A stretch of 64,000 nucleotides of DNA from an uncultured Alphaproteobacteria bacterium (GTDB lineage: Bacteria; Pseudomonadota; Alphaproteobacteria; RF32; CAG-239). A program made the translations under genes and the position numbers. This document shows positions 19,425 to 28,025 of this stretch, piece after piece. The stretch lies in contig CALXTV010000001.1 in NCBI GenBank assembly GCA_944391505.1, forward strand, positions 203,952 through 267,951, written 5' to 3'. How positions within the stretch are numbered: position 1 is the first letter of the stretch; each line of letters opens with the position of its first letter. The notes below the pieces were generated by a model. It did not search any database and was not told where the DNA came from. It saw nothing but the letters and a program-made list of their open reading frames with translations.

Positions 19425-20408
19425 ATGGTTTTTCTGAAAAAAGCGCTTCTGGGGCTTGGTGCCTTAATCCTGATTTTTATCGGTGGCAGCGGAACGCAGA
19501 GCAACAGCATTTTGCTGCAGGGCGGCGGTTTCATCGGTCTTATCATCGGTTTGGTCGTGCTTTATATTTTCGGCAAAATGGCTTGGAGAGCCATGGGGTG
19601 TCTGCCGTCCTTTCTGGTTGTTACGTCGATTCTTGCCTTTATCCTTTATGCCATTGGTGGTTTTAACAATGGCGTCGGCGGTATCGGTCAGTCATTAAGG
19701 AGTTTTTTGGGTATGCAGGCCAATTCGCATCAGCAGACACCGCAGAATGCCCAGTCAATGTTGGTAGAAGAAGAATATACGGAGGCAATCGACGAAAACT
19801 TTTCTTCCGATATAGGCTCACAGGTGTCGCCTCAAACTCAGGAAGCTCAAAAACCGAATGCTTTTCAGCAATTTATGAGTTCTCTCGGCGGACAGCCGGA
19901 AGCAGCGGCTCTCGCATTAAATCCGAATAATTTCCCTGCTGTCTACAGTGCTGCCCGCGTTATCAACGGTGATACACTCGAGATTCAGGGCAGCTACTTC
20001 CGACTTTATGGCATTGACGCACCGGAAGCTAATCAGAGCTGTGCCGATCGTCAGGGACGTTCATATAACTGTGGCCGGGAAGCGGCACTATGGCTGAAAA
20101 ACTGGATTACCACCAACGAACTTGAGTGTCATGTTATGCAGCAAGATGCCAAAGGTAATATGGTTGGAACCTGTTCGCTCGGACAATATGATCTTGGCGC
20201 GGCTCTGGTTAATGCCGGCTGGGCGGTAGCTTATCAAAAATATACGGATATTTATGTTCCGTACGAACGCCAGGCACAAATGAACAAACGGGGTCTCTGG
20301 CAAGGAACTTTTTATATGCCTTGGGATTGGCGAGCCATGCAGGGTAAAAAGCCGAAAATCAAGGTTATCAAGCCGAAAGTCCGCAGAAAAAGCATACTTG
20401 ACTTGTAA
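19425..20408 (+). CDS. membrane-anchored thermonuclease (SNase-like) domain protein
   Basis: N-terminal TM helices, a Q/S-rich linker, and a C-terminal SNc-like domain (VINGDTLEIQGSYFRLYGIDAPE...RGLWQG). Start chosen at the ATG with an AAGGAAAG RBS; an alternative start is at 19338. Confidence 0.7.
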   Translation: MVFLKKALLGLGALILIFIGGSGTQSNSILLQGGGFIGLIIGLVVLYIFGKMAWRAMGCLPSFLVVTSILAFILYAIGGFNNGVGGIGQSLRSFLGMQANSHQQTPQNAQSMLVEEEYTEAIDENFSSDIGSQVSPQTQEAQKPNAFQQFMSSLGGQPEAAALALNPNNFPAVYSAARVINGDTLEIQGSYFRLYGIDAPEANQSCADRQGRSYNCGREAALWLKNWITTNELECHVMQQDAKGNMVGTCSLGQYDLGAALVNAGWAVAYQKYTDIYVPYERQAQMNKRGLWQGTFYMPWDWRAMQGKKPKIKVIKPKVRRKSILDL

Positions 20409-20417
20409 GAGGTTTTT

Positions 20418-20876
20418 ATGGAAGAAGTTTCGGTTGTCTGCCGCAACGAAAGCGAAACCGTCGCTCTGGCGCAGAAAATTGCCCGGATTGCCGAAAAGGG
20501 TGATGTTTTTGCCCTGTTTGGAACGTTGGGAATGGGCAAAAGCGTGTTTGCCCGCGGTTTTATTCAGAGCCTGACGAATGCGGAAGAAGTTCCCAGTCCG
20601 ACTTTTACGCTGCTTCAAAGTTATGATGCGCCGGATTTCGAAATTTATCATTTTGACCTTTATCGGCTTAAGTCACCGGAGGAAATTTTTGAACTCGGTA
20701 TGGAAGAAGCTCTGCACGAAGGAGTTTGCCTGATAGAATGGCCGGAAAAAATGGCCGGCTATCTGCCGAAAAATTGTTTCAGGCTAAGCATAACGCCGGA
20801 TCCTGCCGGAAGAAAAATAACCTTGTCGTCCGCTTCGGAAGACAAGGTTGTCCGGCTGCGGAATTTGGAAATCTGA
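20418..20876 (+). CDS. tsaE: tRNA threonylcarbamoyladenosine biosynthesis ATPase TsaE
   Basis: 152 aa. P-loop GTLGMGKS. YjeE-family size. Confidence 0.85.
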   Translation: MEEVSVVCRNESETVALAQKIARIAEKGDVFALFGTLGMGKSVFARGFIQSLTNAEEVPSPTFTLLQSYDAPDFEIYHFDLYRLKSPEEIFELGMEEALHEGVCLIEWPEKMAGYLPKNCFRLSITPDPAGRKITLSSASEDKVVRLRNLEI

Positions 20877-20878
20877 AA

Positions 20879-21301
20879 ATGCAAAACATTCATGCCACCG
20901 CCATAAACTACAAAGGCCGCGCAATTTTGTTAACCGGTCCCTCCGGTTCAGGAAAATCCGATTTGGCGCTGCGGCTGATAGTTCGCCATGGAGCACGCCT
21001 TATTTCCGATGACAGAACCGATGTTTGCGCGGAAAACGGAATTCTGAAAGTTTCCGTTCCCGATAATATTGCCGGCCTGCTTGAGGTGAGGGGAATTGGT
21101 ATCCAAAAAATGCCTTTTGACCGGGAAGGAACGGCAGCCCTGCTGGTTGAGCTGGTTGATACGCCGAAAGCCATTGAACGATTGCCCGAAGCCGCCGTCC
21201 GTGAGATAGACGGTATTAGACTGCCGGTTGTTCGGCTGTGGGCCTTTGAATATTCTGCTGCCGACAAGATTGTTATAAAAATGGATAGTCTTCTTGATTA
21301 A
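20879..21301 (+). CDS. hprK: HPr kinase/phosphorylase, short C-terminal-domain form (alphaproteobacterial type)
   Basis: 141 aa. LLTGPSGSGKSDLALRL Walker A, LLEVRGIGI. Start taken at the ATG immediately after the tsaE stop; the ORF-track start at 20726 was rejected. Confidence 0.8.
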   Translation: MQNIHATAINYKGRAILLTGPSGSGKSDLALRLIVRHGARLISDDRTDVCAENGILKVSVPDNIAGLLEVRGIGIQKMPFDREGTAALLVELVDTPKAIERLPEAAVREIDGIRLPVVRLWAFEYSAADKIVIKMDSLLD

Positions 21302-21335
21302 TTGGCTCTCTTGCCTTAAAATATGCGCAGATTAA

Positions 21336-22154
21336 ATGTTTAATTCAGCGAAAGAAACTTTCATGTCGGGAAATTACATCGAAAACTTTTTCAGAAAATT
21401 AGGCAAACCGCTGGTTCGGTTTACGGCCGGATTAGGCGAATTATCTCTTTTTATCGCCAAGTCTGTTTATAACAGCGTCACCCCGCCGTTTTATCTTAAA
21501 CTGCTTGGCAAGCAAATGATAGACATCGGTTTTTATTCTCTGCCCGTTGTTGCTCTGACAACGATTTTTGCCGGTATGGTTATTGCTTTGCAGACCTATT
21601 CCGGTTTTTCCAGTTATGGAGCCGAAAGCGCGATTGCTTCGGTTGTGCTTATTTCCGTAACTCGAGAGTTGGCGCCGGTCTTTTCCGGCCTGATGGTAGC
21701 CGGCCGTATCGGTGCGGCTATGGCGGCCGAAATCGGAACCATGCGCGTAACCGAACAAATCGACGCTTTGGTCACGCTTTCAACCAATCCTTTCAAATAT
21801 CTGGTTGCCCCGCGCGTGCTTGCCGGTGTAATGGTTCTGCCTCTGCTGGTTCTTATCGGTGATGTCATCGGCATTTTCGGCGGCTTTATCATTGCTGTTT
21901 ATAAACTGGGTTTCAACCCGGCCAATTATATTAATTCGACAATCAACGGCCTGGAGAGTTTGGATATTATAACCGGTGTCGTTAAAGCCTGCGTCTTTGG
22001 TTTTATCATTGCGATTATGGGGTGCTATAACGGCTATAAGTCCCGCGGCGGCGCTCAGGGCGTCGGCGAGGCCACCACAAACGCCGTGGTTTCCGCGTCT
22101 ATTCTGATTTTGATTTTCAACTACATCATTACCGAGCTTCTTTTTGCAAAATAG
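21336..22154 (+). CDS. mlaE: ABC transporter permease MlaE (phospholipid transport)
   Basis: 272 aa, multi-TM, MlaE/YrbE-like. Confidence 0.85.
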   Translation: MFNSAKETFMSGNYIENFFRKLGKPLVRFTAGLGELSLFIAKSVYNSVTPPFYLKLLGKQMIDIGFYSLPVVALTTIFAGMVIALQTYSGFSSYGAESAIASVVLISVTRELAPVFSGLMVAGRIGAAMAAEIGTMRVTEQIDALVTLSTNPFKYLVAPRVLAGVMVLPLLVLIGDVIGIFGGFIIAVYKLGFNPANYINSTINGLESLDIITGVVKACVFGFIIAIMGCYNGYKSRGGAQGVGEATTNAVVSASILILIFNYIITELLFAK

Positions 22155-22172
22155 CTTGAGTGGAGAAATAAA

Positions 22173-22937
22173 ATGAGCGAATATAAAATTCAGGTAAAAA
22201 ATCTGCACAAGGCTTTTGGTAAAAAAGTTGTTCTCGACGGTGTGGACATTGAAATAAAAAAAGGAGAGTCTCTGGTTGTTATCGGCGGTTCCGGAACCGG
22301 CAAATCCGTATTGATTAAATGTATTCAGGGATTGCTTACGCCGGATGAGGGTTCCATAAAAGTCGACGGTGTGGAAATTAACGGCGCAGACGAAGACGTT
22401 CGCGATGCCATGCACGCCAAAATGGGCATGCTGTTTCAGGGCGGAGCTCTGTTTGACAGCTTGAGCGTTTGGGAAAACGTGGCTTTTGGTCTGATTGAAA
22501 ACCAGAAATGGAAACGTAAAGACGCCAAAAATGAGGCAATCCGCGTCCTGCGGCAGGTTGGTTTGGCGCCTGATGTTGCGGATTTGTCTCCGAGTGAACT
22601 TTCCGGCGGTATGCAGAAACGCGTCAGTCTGGCCAGAGCGATTGCCACCAAACCGGAAATCATCTTTTTTGACGAACCGACGACGGGTCTTGATCCGATT
22701 ATGGCTGATGTTATTAACGATTTAATCATTGAATCGGCTCGCGGTTTGGGCGCGACGGCCCTGACCATTACCCACGATATGGCATCGGCTCGCAAGATTG
22801 CTGATAAAATCGCCATGCTTTACAAGGGCAAAATTATTTGGTGCGGCACGGTCAAAGAAATGGAAAAGACCGATAATCCGTATGTATGCCAGTTTATCAA
22901 CGGCAGTTCTCAAGGTCCGATTAAAGTGGAGGTCTGA
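22173..22937 (+). CDS. mlaF: ABC transporter ATP-binding protein MlaF
   Basis: Walker A GGSGTGKS, ABC signature LSGGMQKR, Walker B IIFFDEP. Confidence 0.9.
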   Translation: MSEYKIQVKNLHKAFGKKVVLDGVDIEIKKGESLVVIGGSGTGKSVLIKCIQGLLTPDEGSIKVDGVEINGADEDVRDAMHAKMGMLFQGGALFDSLSVWENVAFGLIENQKWKRKDAKNEAIRVLRQVGLAPDVADLSPSELSGGMQKRVSLARAIATKPEIIFFDEPTTGLDPIMADVINDLIIESARGLGATALTITHDMASARKIADKIAMLYKGKIIWCGTVKEMEKTDNPYVCQFINGSSQGPIKVEV

Positions 22938-22938
22938 T

Positions 22939-24312
22939 ATGGCCAAAAAGGGCGGAAGCGAATACGTCTGTCAAAATTGCGGCAGTATTTATCCTAAATG
23001 GCAGGGAAAATGTGATGCCTGCGGCGAGTGGAATACCATTGTCGAAGAAAAAGTCGGCGGCGATGGTTTTTCTAATCTTACGCCAAAAAGAAAAGGACGG
23101 ATTCTTGAATTCGTCCCTTTAAGCGGCGCCGCTACGAACTTAAGCCGTATTCCGACCGGCATTAAAGAGCTTGATCGTGTTTCCGGGGGCGGATTAGTTC
23201 CCGGTTCCGCAATTTTGGTAGGCGGTGATCCCGGTATTGGTAAATCAACGCTGCTTTTGCAGGTTTGCGCCAGTATTGCCAATGCACCTTCAAAGCCCGA
23301 ATGTTACTACATTTCCGGCGAGGAAGCCATTGATCAGGTACGGATTCGCGCCAAACGTCTGGGGTTGGAAAAGTCTCCGGTCAATCTGGCATCGACAACA
23401 GATGTCAAAGATATTCTTGAAACGCTGAACAAATCAGACGCTGCCGTCGTCATCATCGATTCGATACAAACCATGTACCTGGAAGAAGTTGAATCCACCC
23501 CCGGCAGTGTTGCCCAAGTCAGGGCTTGCGCTTATGAATTAATTAAACTGGCTAAGAAAAAAGGTTTTGTTCTCTTTTTGGTCGGTCATGTGACCAAGCA
23601 GGGAGCTATTGCTGGGCCGCGTGTTTTGGAACATATGGTTGATACGGTTTTGTATTTTGAAGGCGAACGCGGTCACCATTTCCGCATTTTGCGGGCGGTA
23701 AAAAATCGCTATGGTGCTACGGACGAAATTGGTGTGTTTGAAATGCAGGACAAGGGATTGGTCGAAGTTGAAAACCCGTCGGCATTGTTTTTGGCCGAAA
23801 GACAGGGAAATATTTCCGGTTCCTGTGTTTTTGCCGGCATTGAAGGTTCCAGACCTCTTTTGGTCGAAATTCAGGCTTTGGTCAGCCCCACCGGTTATGC
23901 CAGTCCGAAACGGGCAGTCGTCGGCTGGGATTCTAACCGCCTGGCTATGGTTTTGGCTGTGTTGGAAGCCCGTTGCGGAATGAATTTGAGCTCTCAGGAT
24001 ATTTACCTGAATATTGCCGGCGGCCTGAAAATTTCCGAACCTGCAGCCGATTTGGCAGTTGCCATGGCGGTTATTTCTTCCATGACCAACAAGCCGCTGC
24101 CCTCGGATACGGTAATTTTCGGCGAAATCGGCCTTTCCGGGGAAATCCGTGCCGTCAGTCAACCAAACGCGCGCTTGAAGGAAGCTCATAAACTGGGTTT
24201 TGCCAGTGCGATTATGCCGGCAACATATCAAAAAGACAAAAAACTTAATAATCATGATATGTCGATTCATGAAATAGGCAATGTCCAACGCCTGATAAAT
24301 TGGTTTAATTAA
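22939..24312 (+). CDS. radA: DNA repair protein RadA
   Basis: Zn-ribbon CQNCGSIYPKWQGKCDACGEWN, Walker A GDPGIGKST, and a Lon-like C-terminal domain. True start is the ATG at 22939; the ORF-track start at 22798 overlaps mlaF. Confidence 0.94.
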   Translation: MAKKGGSEYVCQNCGSIYPKWQGKCDACGEWNTIVEEKVGGDGFSNLTPKRKGRILEFVPLSGAATNLSRIPTGIKELDRVSGGGLVPGSAILVGGDPGIGKSTLLLQVCASIANAPSKPECYYISGEEAIDQVRIRAKRLGLEKSPVNLASTTDVKDILETLNKSDAAVVIIDSIQTMYLEEVESTPGSVAQVRACAYELIKLAKKKGFVLFLVGHVTKQGAIAGPRVLEHMVDTVLYFEGERGHHFRILRAVKNRYGATDEIGVFEMQDKGLVEVENPSALFLAERQGNISGSCVFAGIEGSRPLLVEIQALVSPTGYASPKRAVVGWDSNRLAMVLAVLEARCGMNLSSQDIYLNIAGGLKISEPAADLAVAMAVISSMTNKPLPSDTVIFGEIGLSGEIRAVSQPNARLKEAHKLGFASAIMPATYQKDKKLNNHDMSIHEIGNVQRLINWFN

Positions 24313-24323
24313 AGGAAAAACAA

Positions 24324-25073
24324 ATGCAGCAGCTTAACAATATGGATATAGCAATTTTGATTATTGTCGGTATTTCGGCGCTTATTGCTTTAGGCCGCGG
24401 ATTGGTTAAAGAAGTTCTGTCTATCGTCGGCTGGGTGCTTGCCGGCGCTGCCGTCATCTATCTGCTGCCGGTTCTAAATCCCTTTACGCTCAAATATATC
24501 GAAAGCGGCTGGATGGCCGGAATAACAACGGCTGCATTTATTTTGATTTTGTTTATGATAATCTGGATTTACGCAACAGCCGGCGTTGTCGGCAAAATCC
24601 GTACCAGCAAACTCAGCGGTCTGGATAGAATGCTGGGCTTGTTTTTTGGTGTTGTCAGAGCGTTTTTGCTGGTTGTTCTGATGTATATTCTCATAAGCTG
24701 GATGATGCCTGTCAAATCACAGCCGGATTTGCTTAAAAAGTCCAAATATTTTCAGATTGCAGGCAATTTTGCCGAACCGATTGAAAAGTTAATCCCCAAA
24801 GATACGCTTGACGCCATCAAGGAAAAGACGGTCGAAGCGGGATTAACCGATGATGAGGAAGAAGAAAAACCGGCGGAAAAGAAACCGGCCGAAAAGGCAA
24901 AAGATAAAGACAAAAGCGATGTTGACGCGCTTTTTGAAAAACTGGCGCAGCCGCAAATTGAAAAAATGCGCGATGATAAAAAGAAGCTGCAGAAAATCAA
25001 AGAAGATTTTGAAGGCTATAATGCTTACGAACGCGACAATCTAAACCGCCTTATTGAAAACACGGTTGAATAA
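24324..25073 (+). CDS. cvpA: CvpA-family membrane protein (colicin V production protein homolog)
   Basis: N-terminal four-TM CvpA-like region and an acidic/lysine-rich low-complexity tail. Confidence 0.8.
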   Translation: MQQLNNMDIAILIIVGISALIALGRGLVKEVLSIVGWVLAGAAVIYLLPVLNPFTLKYIESGWMAGITTAAFILILFMIIWIYATAGVVGKIRTSKLSGLDRMLGLFFGVVRAFLLVVLMYILISWMMPVKSQPDLLKKSKYFQIAGNFAEPIEKLIPKDTLDAIKEKTVEAGLTDDEEEEKPAEKKPAEKAKDKDKSDVDALFEKLAQPQIEKMRDDKKKLQKIKEDFEGYNAYERDNLNRLIENTVE

Positions 25074-25102
25074 CGGTTGAATAACGGTTGTTGCCGGTCT
25101 GC

Positions 25103-25453
25103 TTACCAGGCGTTTTTGATATGCCGAAAAGAGAAGGGAAACTTGACCAAAACGGCGTCAAAACGGATGTCGCAATTATTGAACTGCGGATGTTTTTTCA
25201 AAAAAGCTTCGGCTCCGGAACGAATACGCCGTTTCTGCGTTTCGCTGACGGCATAAGCGGCTCTCTCCAGCGTTGTTCGTTTTTTGACTTCGACAAACAC
25301 CAGCACGCTTCCGCGTTTGGCAATAAAATCGACTTCTCCGGCATACGTTCCCCGTCCGGTAATATAATTGGCGGCCAGAATATGGTAGCCTTTCAGACGA
25401 AACAACAGCCGAACCAGAAATTCTGCCCAATGTCCTGAATGATAATTATTCAT
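25103..25453 (-). CDS. yraN: YraN-family (UPF0102) endonuclease-like protein
   Basis: 116 aa. GEVDFIAKRG...VFVEVKKR motif typical of UPF0102. 8-nt overlap with rsmI. Confidence 0.8.
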   Translation of the reverse strand: MNNYHSGHWAEFLVRLLFRLKGYHILAANYITGRGTYAGEVDFIAKRGSVLVFVEVKKRTTLERAAYAVSETQKRRIRSGAEAFLKKHPQFNNCDIRFDAVLVKFPFSFRHIKNAW

Positions 25454-26282
25454 TTTTAAGTTTCAATGCCAGTTCATACATTTCGTTTTTATTCAACCCA
25501 TAAACGGCAACCATTTCCTTAACGGCGCTTTTCAGAGGCATTTCGGCCATTTTTTGCCGCATCAGATTTTCAATGTCCAAAGTCGAAAAGTCTTTTTCAT
25601 CTGCCGGAGCAATCATCAAAACCATTTCGCCTTTGGGCTCTTTGGAACTGAAATATTCAATCAGTTTGGCGGCGGTTCCGTTGACGCATTCTTCATAAAC
25701 TTTGCTGATTTCGCGGGCAACGGCCATTTCCCTGTTTCCGAAAATTTTCGCAGCAGCAGTCAGAGTCTTAACAATCCTTTGAGCCGTTTCATAGAAAACA
25801 ATCGTCGCTTTGGTGTCGCGTACTTCGTTCAGCGTATCAGCGCGGGCTTTGTCTTTGTTGGGAATAAAACCGGCAAACAGAAAACGGTTGGTCGGCAGAC
25901 CAGAAAGCTGCAAAGCGCAAATAAGTGCGCAGCAGCCGGGCAAAACGGTTACGGGTACGTTCTGCTCGCGCGCCCGGCGTATCAGTTTATAACCCGGATC
26001 TGAAATCAGCGGCGATCCGGCATCACTGACCAGTGCAATGCTTTTTTTGTCATTGATTGCCAGATTGATAATGTTTTGGGCTTCATCTTCCTCATTGTAG
26101 TTCTGATAAACGATGAATTTTTTTCCGGTCGTGCTTATATTCAAAAGTGCAAAAAGCTTTTTGGTAATACGCGTGTCCTCACAGGCAATAACTTCGGCAT
26201 TGGCCAGAGTTTCTTTTGCGCGGGGCGAAAGATCTCCGAGATTTCCGATTGGCGTGGCAACGATGTATAATCCGTTCTGCAT
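25446..26282 (-). CDS. rsmI: 16S rRNA (cytidine1402-2'-O)-methyltransferase RsmI
   Basis: 278 aa. N-terminal LYIVATPIGNLGD tetrapyrrole-methylase fold. Confidence 0.92.
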   Translation of the reverse strand: MQNGLYIVATPIGNLGDLSPRAKETLANAEVIACEDTRITKKLFALLNISTTGKKFIVYQNYNEEDEAQNIINLAINDKKSIALVSDAGSPLISDPGYKLIRRAREQNVPVTVLPGCCALICALQLSGLPTNRFLFAGFIPNKDKARADTLNEVRDTKATIVFYETAQRIVKTLTAAAKIFGNREMAVAREISKVYEECVNGTAAKLIEYFSSKEPKGEMVLMIAPADEKDFSTLDIENLMRQKMAEMPLKSAVKEMVAVYGLNKNEMYELALKLKNE

Positions 26283-26368
26283 ATCTTTTCTTTACATTAA
26301 GGGTTTTTTATTCTAAATCTGTTTAATATGTTTTTGTAATTTCGGATTGTTTTCTATTTTAGGGTAAA

Positions 26369-27841
26369 ATGCAAGTGTTAAAAAAATATTTAGTGCTTTT
26401 CCTGCTTATGGTTGCCGGCTGTCGTTCGGCCGAAGTTGCCACACAGAGCGGTTTTGACGGTGTAACGACTGATTATGGCGAAGTAAACCTCGGCGGCCGC
26501 AGCGATTTTCGAGTCGGTGTTTTGCTGCCGTTGAGCGGTTCGGCTGCCAAACAGGGGCAGGGGCTGAAAAATGCAACCATGATGGCCTTGGATGACGTTC
26601 GCAATCCGAATTTGATTTTGCAGTATTACGACACCAAAAGTACGCCCGAAGGAGCTCGCGTTGCGATTGAAAATGCGTTAAATCAGCAGTCGGATCTCAT
26701 TCTCGGCCCGCTGACAAGTTCCGAAGTCCGCGCCGTGTCTAATTCGGCGATTGATCGTGGTGTTCCCGTGATCGCCTTTTCAACCAATACCGACGTTCTG
26801 CAGAGCAATATTTATACGCTTGGCCTTCTGATTGACGAACAGGTTGACCGCGTCATGACTTTTGCCGCGGAAAAAGGGCGTTCCAGATTCGCGCTTCTCG
26901 TTCCGGACAATTCTACCGGTATTGCCGTAGCTAAGGCCGCCGTAAGTTCGGCGCAGAAGAATAATGTCAGCGTTGTTCGCATCGCTTTCTATCCGCCCAA
27001 TACCACCGATTTTTCTGATGTATTGAAAAAGATGACCGATTATCCGGCCAGAGTTGCCCGCCTGCAGAAAATTCGTACCAATCTGGCGGCCAAATCGGCC
27101 CGTGGTGACACTAATGCCGCCAAAGTCATCAAGCGTTTGGAGCCGTTGGATACTCTGGGAGATGTGGATTTTGACGCGGTAATTATTCCCGAATACGGTC
27201 CGCGGCTGAAATCGGCGGCGTCCATGTTCGGCTATTATGATGTATTTTCCCCGAAAGTTAAATTTCTCGGAACGTCCATTTGGGAGAATACCAGCCTGAA
27301 CAAAGAAACAACTTTGTTCGGCAGTTGGTATCCGGCCATGTCGCGTTCGCACAGCGCCTATTTTTCCAATAAATACAATGATTATTTCGGCGAACGTCCG
27401 AGCACTCTTTATTCCTTTGCTTATGACGGCGTCGCTCTGGCTTCCGCGCTTTCCAAGCAAAGCGACGGCAGCTTAACGGAAGGCATTACCGAGCCGGACG
27501 GCTATATAGGCATTAACGGTGTATTCCGCCTGTTTGCCGACGGACGCAACGAACACAGTTTGGATATTGTTGAAGTCCGCAGCAGCGGTGATGTTGTCAT
27601 TGACGCGGCACCGCGTCGGTTTGAAACCTTGTCCCGGGACAACGGCGCCGAACCTCTGATAATTGATGCAAATTATCGCGCACCGTTGATTTTTGGCAAA
27701 GACAGCACTACGGCACAGACGCTGATTTACGGGCATCCGCTCAGCCCCGAAAATCAGCCGGAAACTTATAACTCTTTCGAGCGTGAACAGGAAATTACCC
27801 GTGCCGCGCTGGCCAAGTTGAACATTAGGGTTCCTGAATAA
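26369..27841 (+). CDS. lpoA: LpoA-like penicillin-binding protein activator / type-1 periplasmic binding fold lipoprotein
   Basis: Lipoprotein signal (LLMVAGC) and PBP1-type fold (RVGVLLPLSGSAAKQGQ). Divergent from rsmI with yraN adjacent, mirroring the E. coli rsmI–lpoA–yraN locus. Confidence 0.75.
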   Translation: MQVLKKYLVLFLLMVAGCRSAEVATQSGFDGVTTDYGEVNLGGRSDFRVGVLLPLSGSAAKQGQGLKNATMMALDDVRNPNLILQYYDTKSTPEGARVAIENALNQQSDLILGPLTSSEVRAVSNSAIDRGVPVIAFSTNTDVLQSNIYTLGLLIDEQVDRVMTFAAEKGRSRFALLVPDNSTGIAVAKAAVSSAQKNNVSVVRIAFYPPNTTDFSDVLKKMTDYPARVARLQKIRTNLAAKSARGDTNAAKVIKRLEPLDTLGDVDFDAVIIPEYGPRLKSAASMFGYYDVFSPKVKFLGTSIWENTSLNKETTLFGSWYPAMSRSHSAYFSNKYNDYFGERPSTLYSFAYDGVALASALSKQSDGSLTEGITEPDGYIGINGVFRLFADGRNEHSLDIVEVRSSGDVVIDAAPRRFETLSRDNGAEPLIIDANYRAPLIFGKDSTTAQTLIYGHPLSPENQPETYNSFEREQEITRAALAKLNIRVPE

Positions 27842-27917
27842 CCCGAAAATGTTGATTTGTTTATTTTTCCCTTGAAAAAAGGGATAAAAAAAACGATATT
27901 AAAATAAGTTTTTTATT

Positions 27918-28010
27918 GGAGGGCGGCGGGTTAATTTTCCGCCAACCCGGTCAGGTCCGGAAGGAAGCAGCCGTAACGGAAGCGATTAAGGTCGCCCGCT
28001 CTCCGCCTCT
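27918..28010 (+). ncRNA. ffs: signal recognition particle RNA (4.5S RNA)
   Basis: Contains the conserved SRP domain IV sequence GGUCAGGUCCGGAAGGAAGCAGCC. Terminal helix GGAGGGCGGCGGG / CCCGCUCUCCGCCUC. Located immediately upstream of dnaX, a common position. Confidence 0.88.
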
Positions 28011-28025
28011 TTATAGAAGATTACA

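Noticed and set aside
22798-22938. N-terminal extensions of track ORFs (radA from 22798, IalB from 31854, response regulator from 55714, methyltransferase from 56643, Cys-rich protein to 51716, HD paralog 2 from 15133, gpmI from 38655, hprK from 20726)
   Set aside because: Each extension overlaps the upstream gene or lacks an RBS. Internal ATGs with Shine-Dalgarno motifs, or a conserved N-terminus or signal peptide, give the biologically sensible starts.
27866-27895. Hairpin TCCCTT-GAAAAA-AAGGGA after the lpoA-like gene
   Set aside because: It is flanked by a T-tract upstream and an A-tract downstream, so it is not oriented as an intrinsic terminator for the plus-strand gene. It may be a weak or reverse-oriented element and was not reported as a feature.
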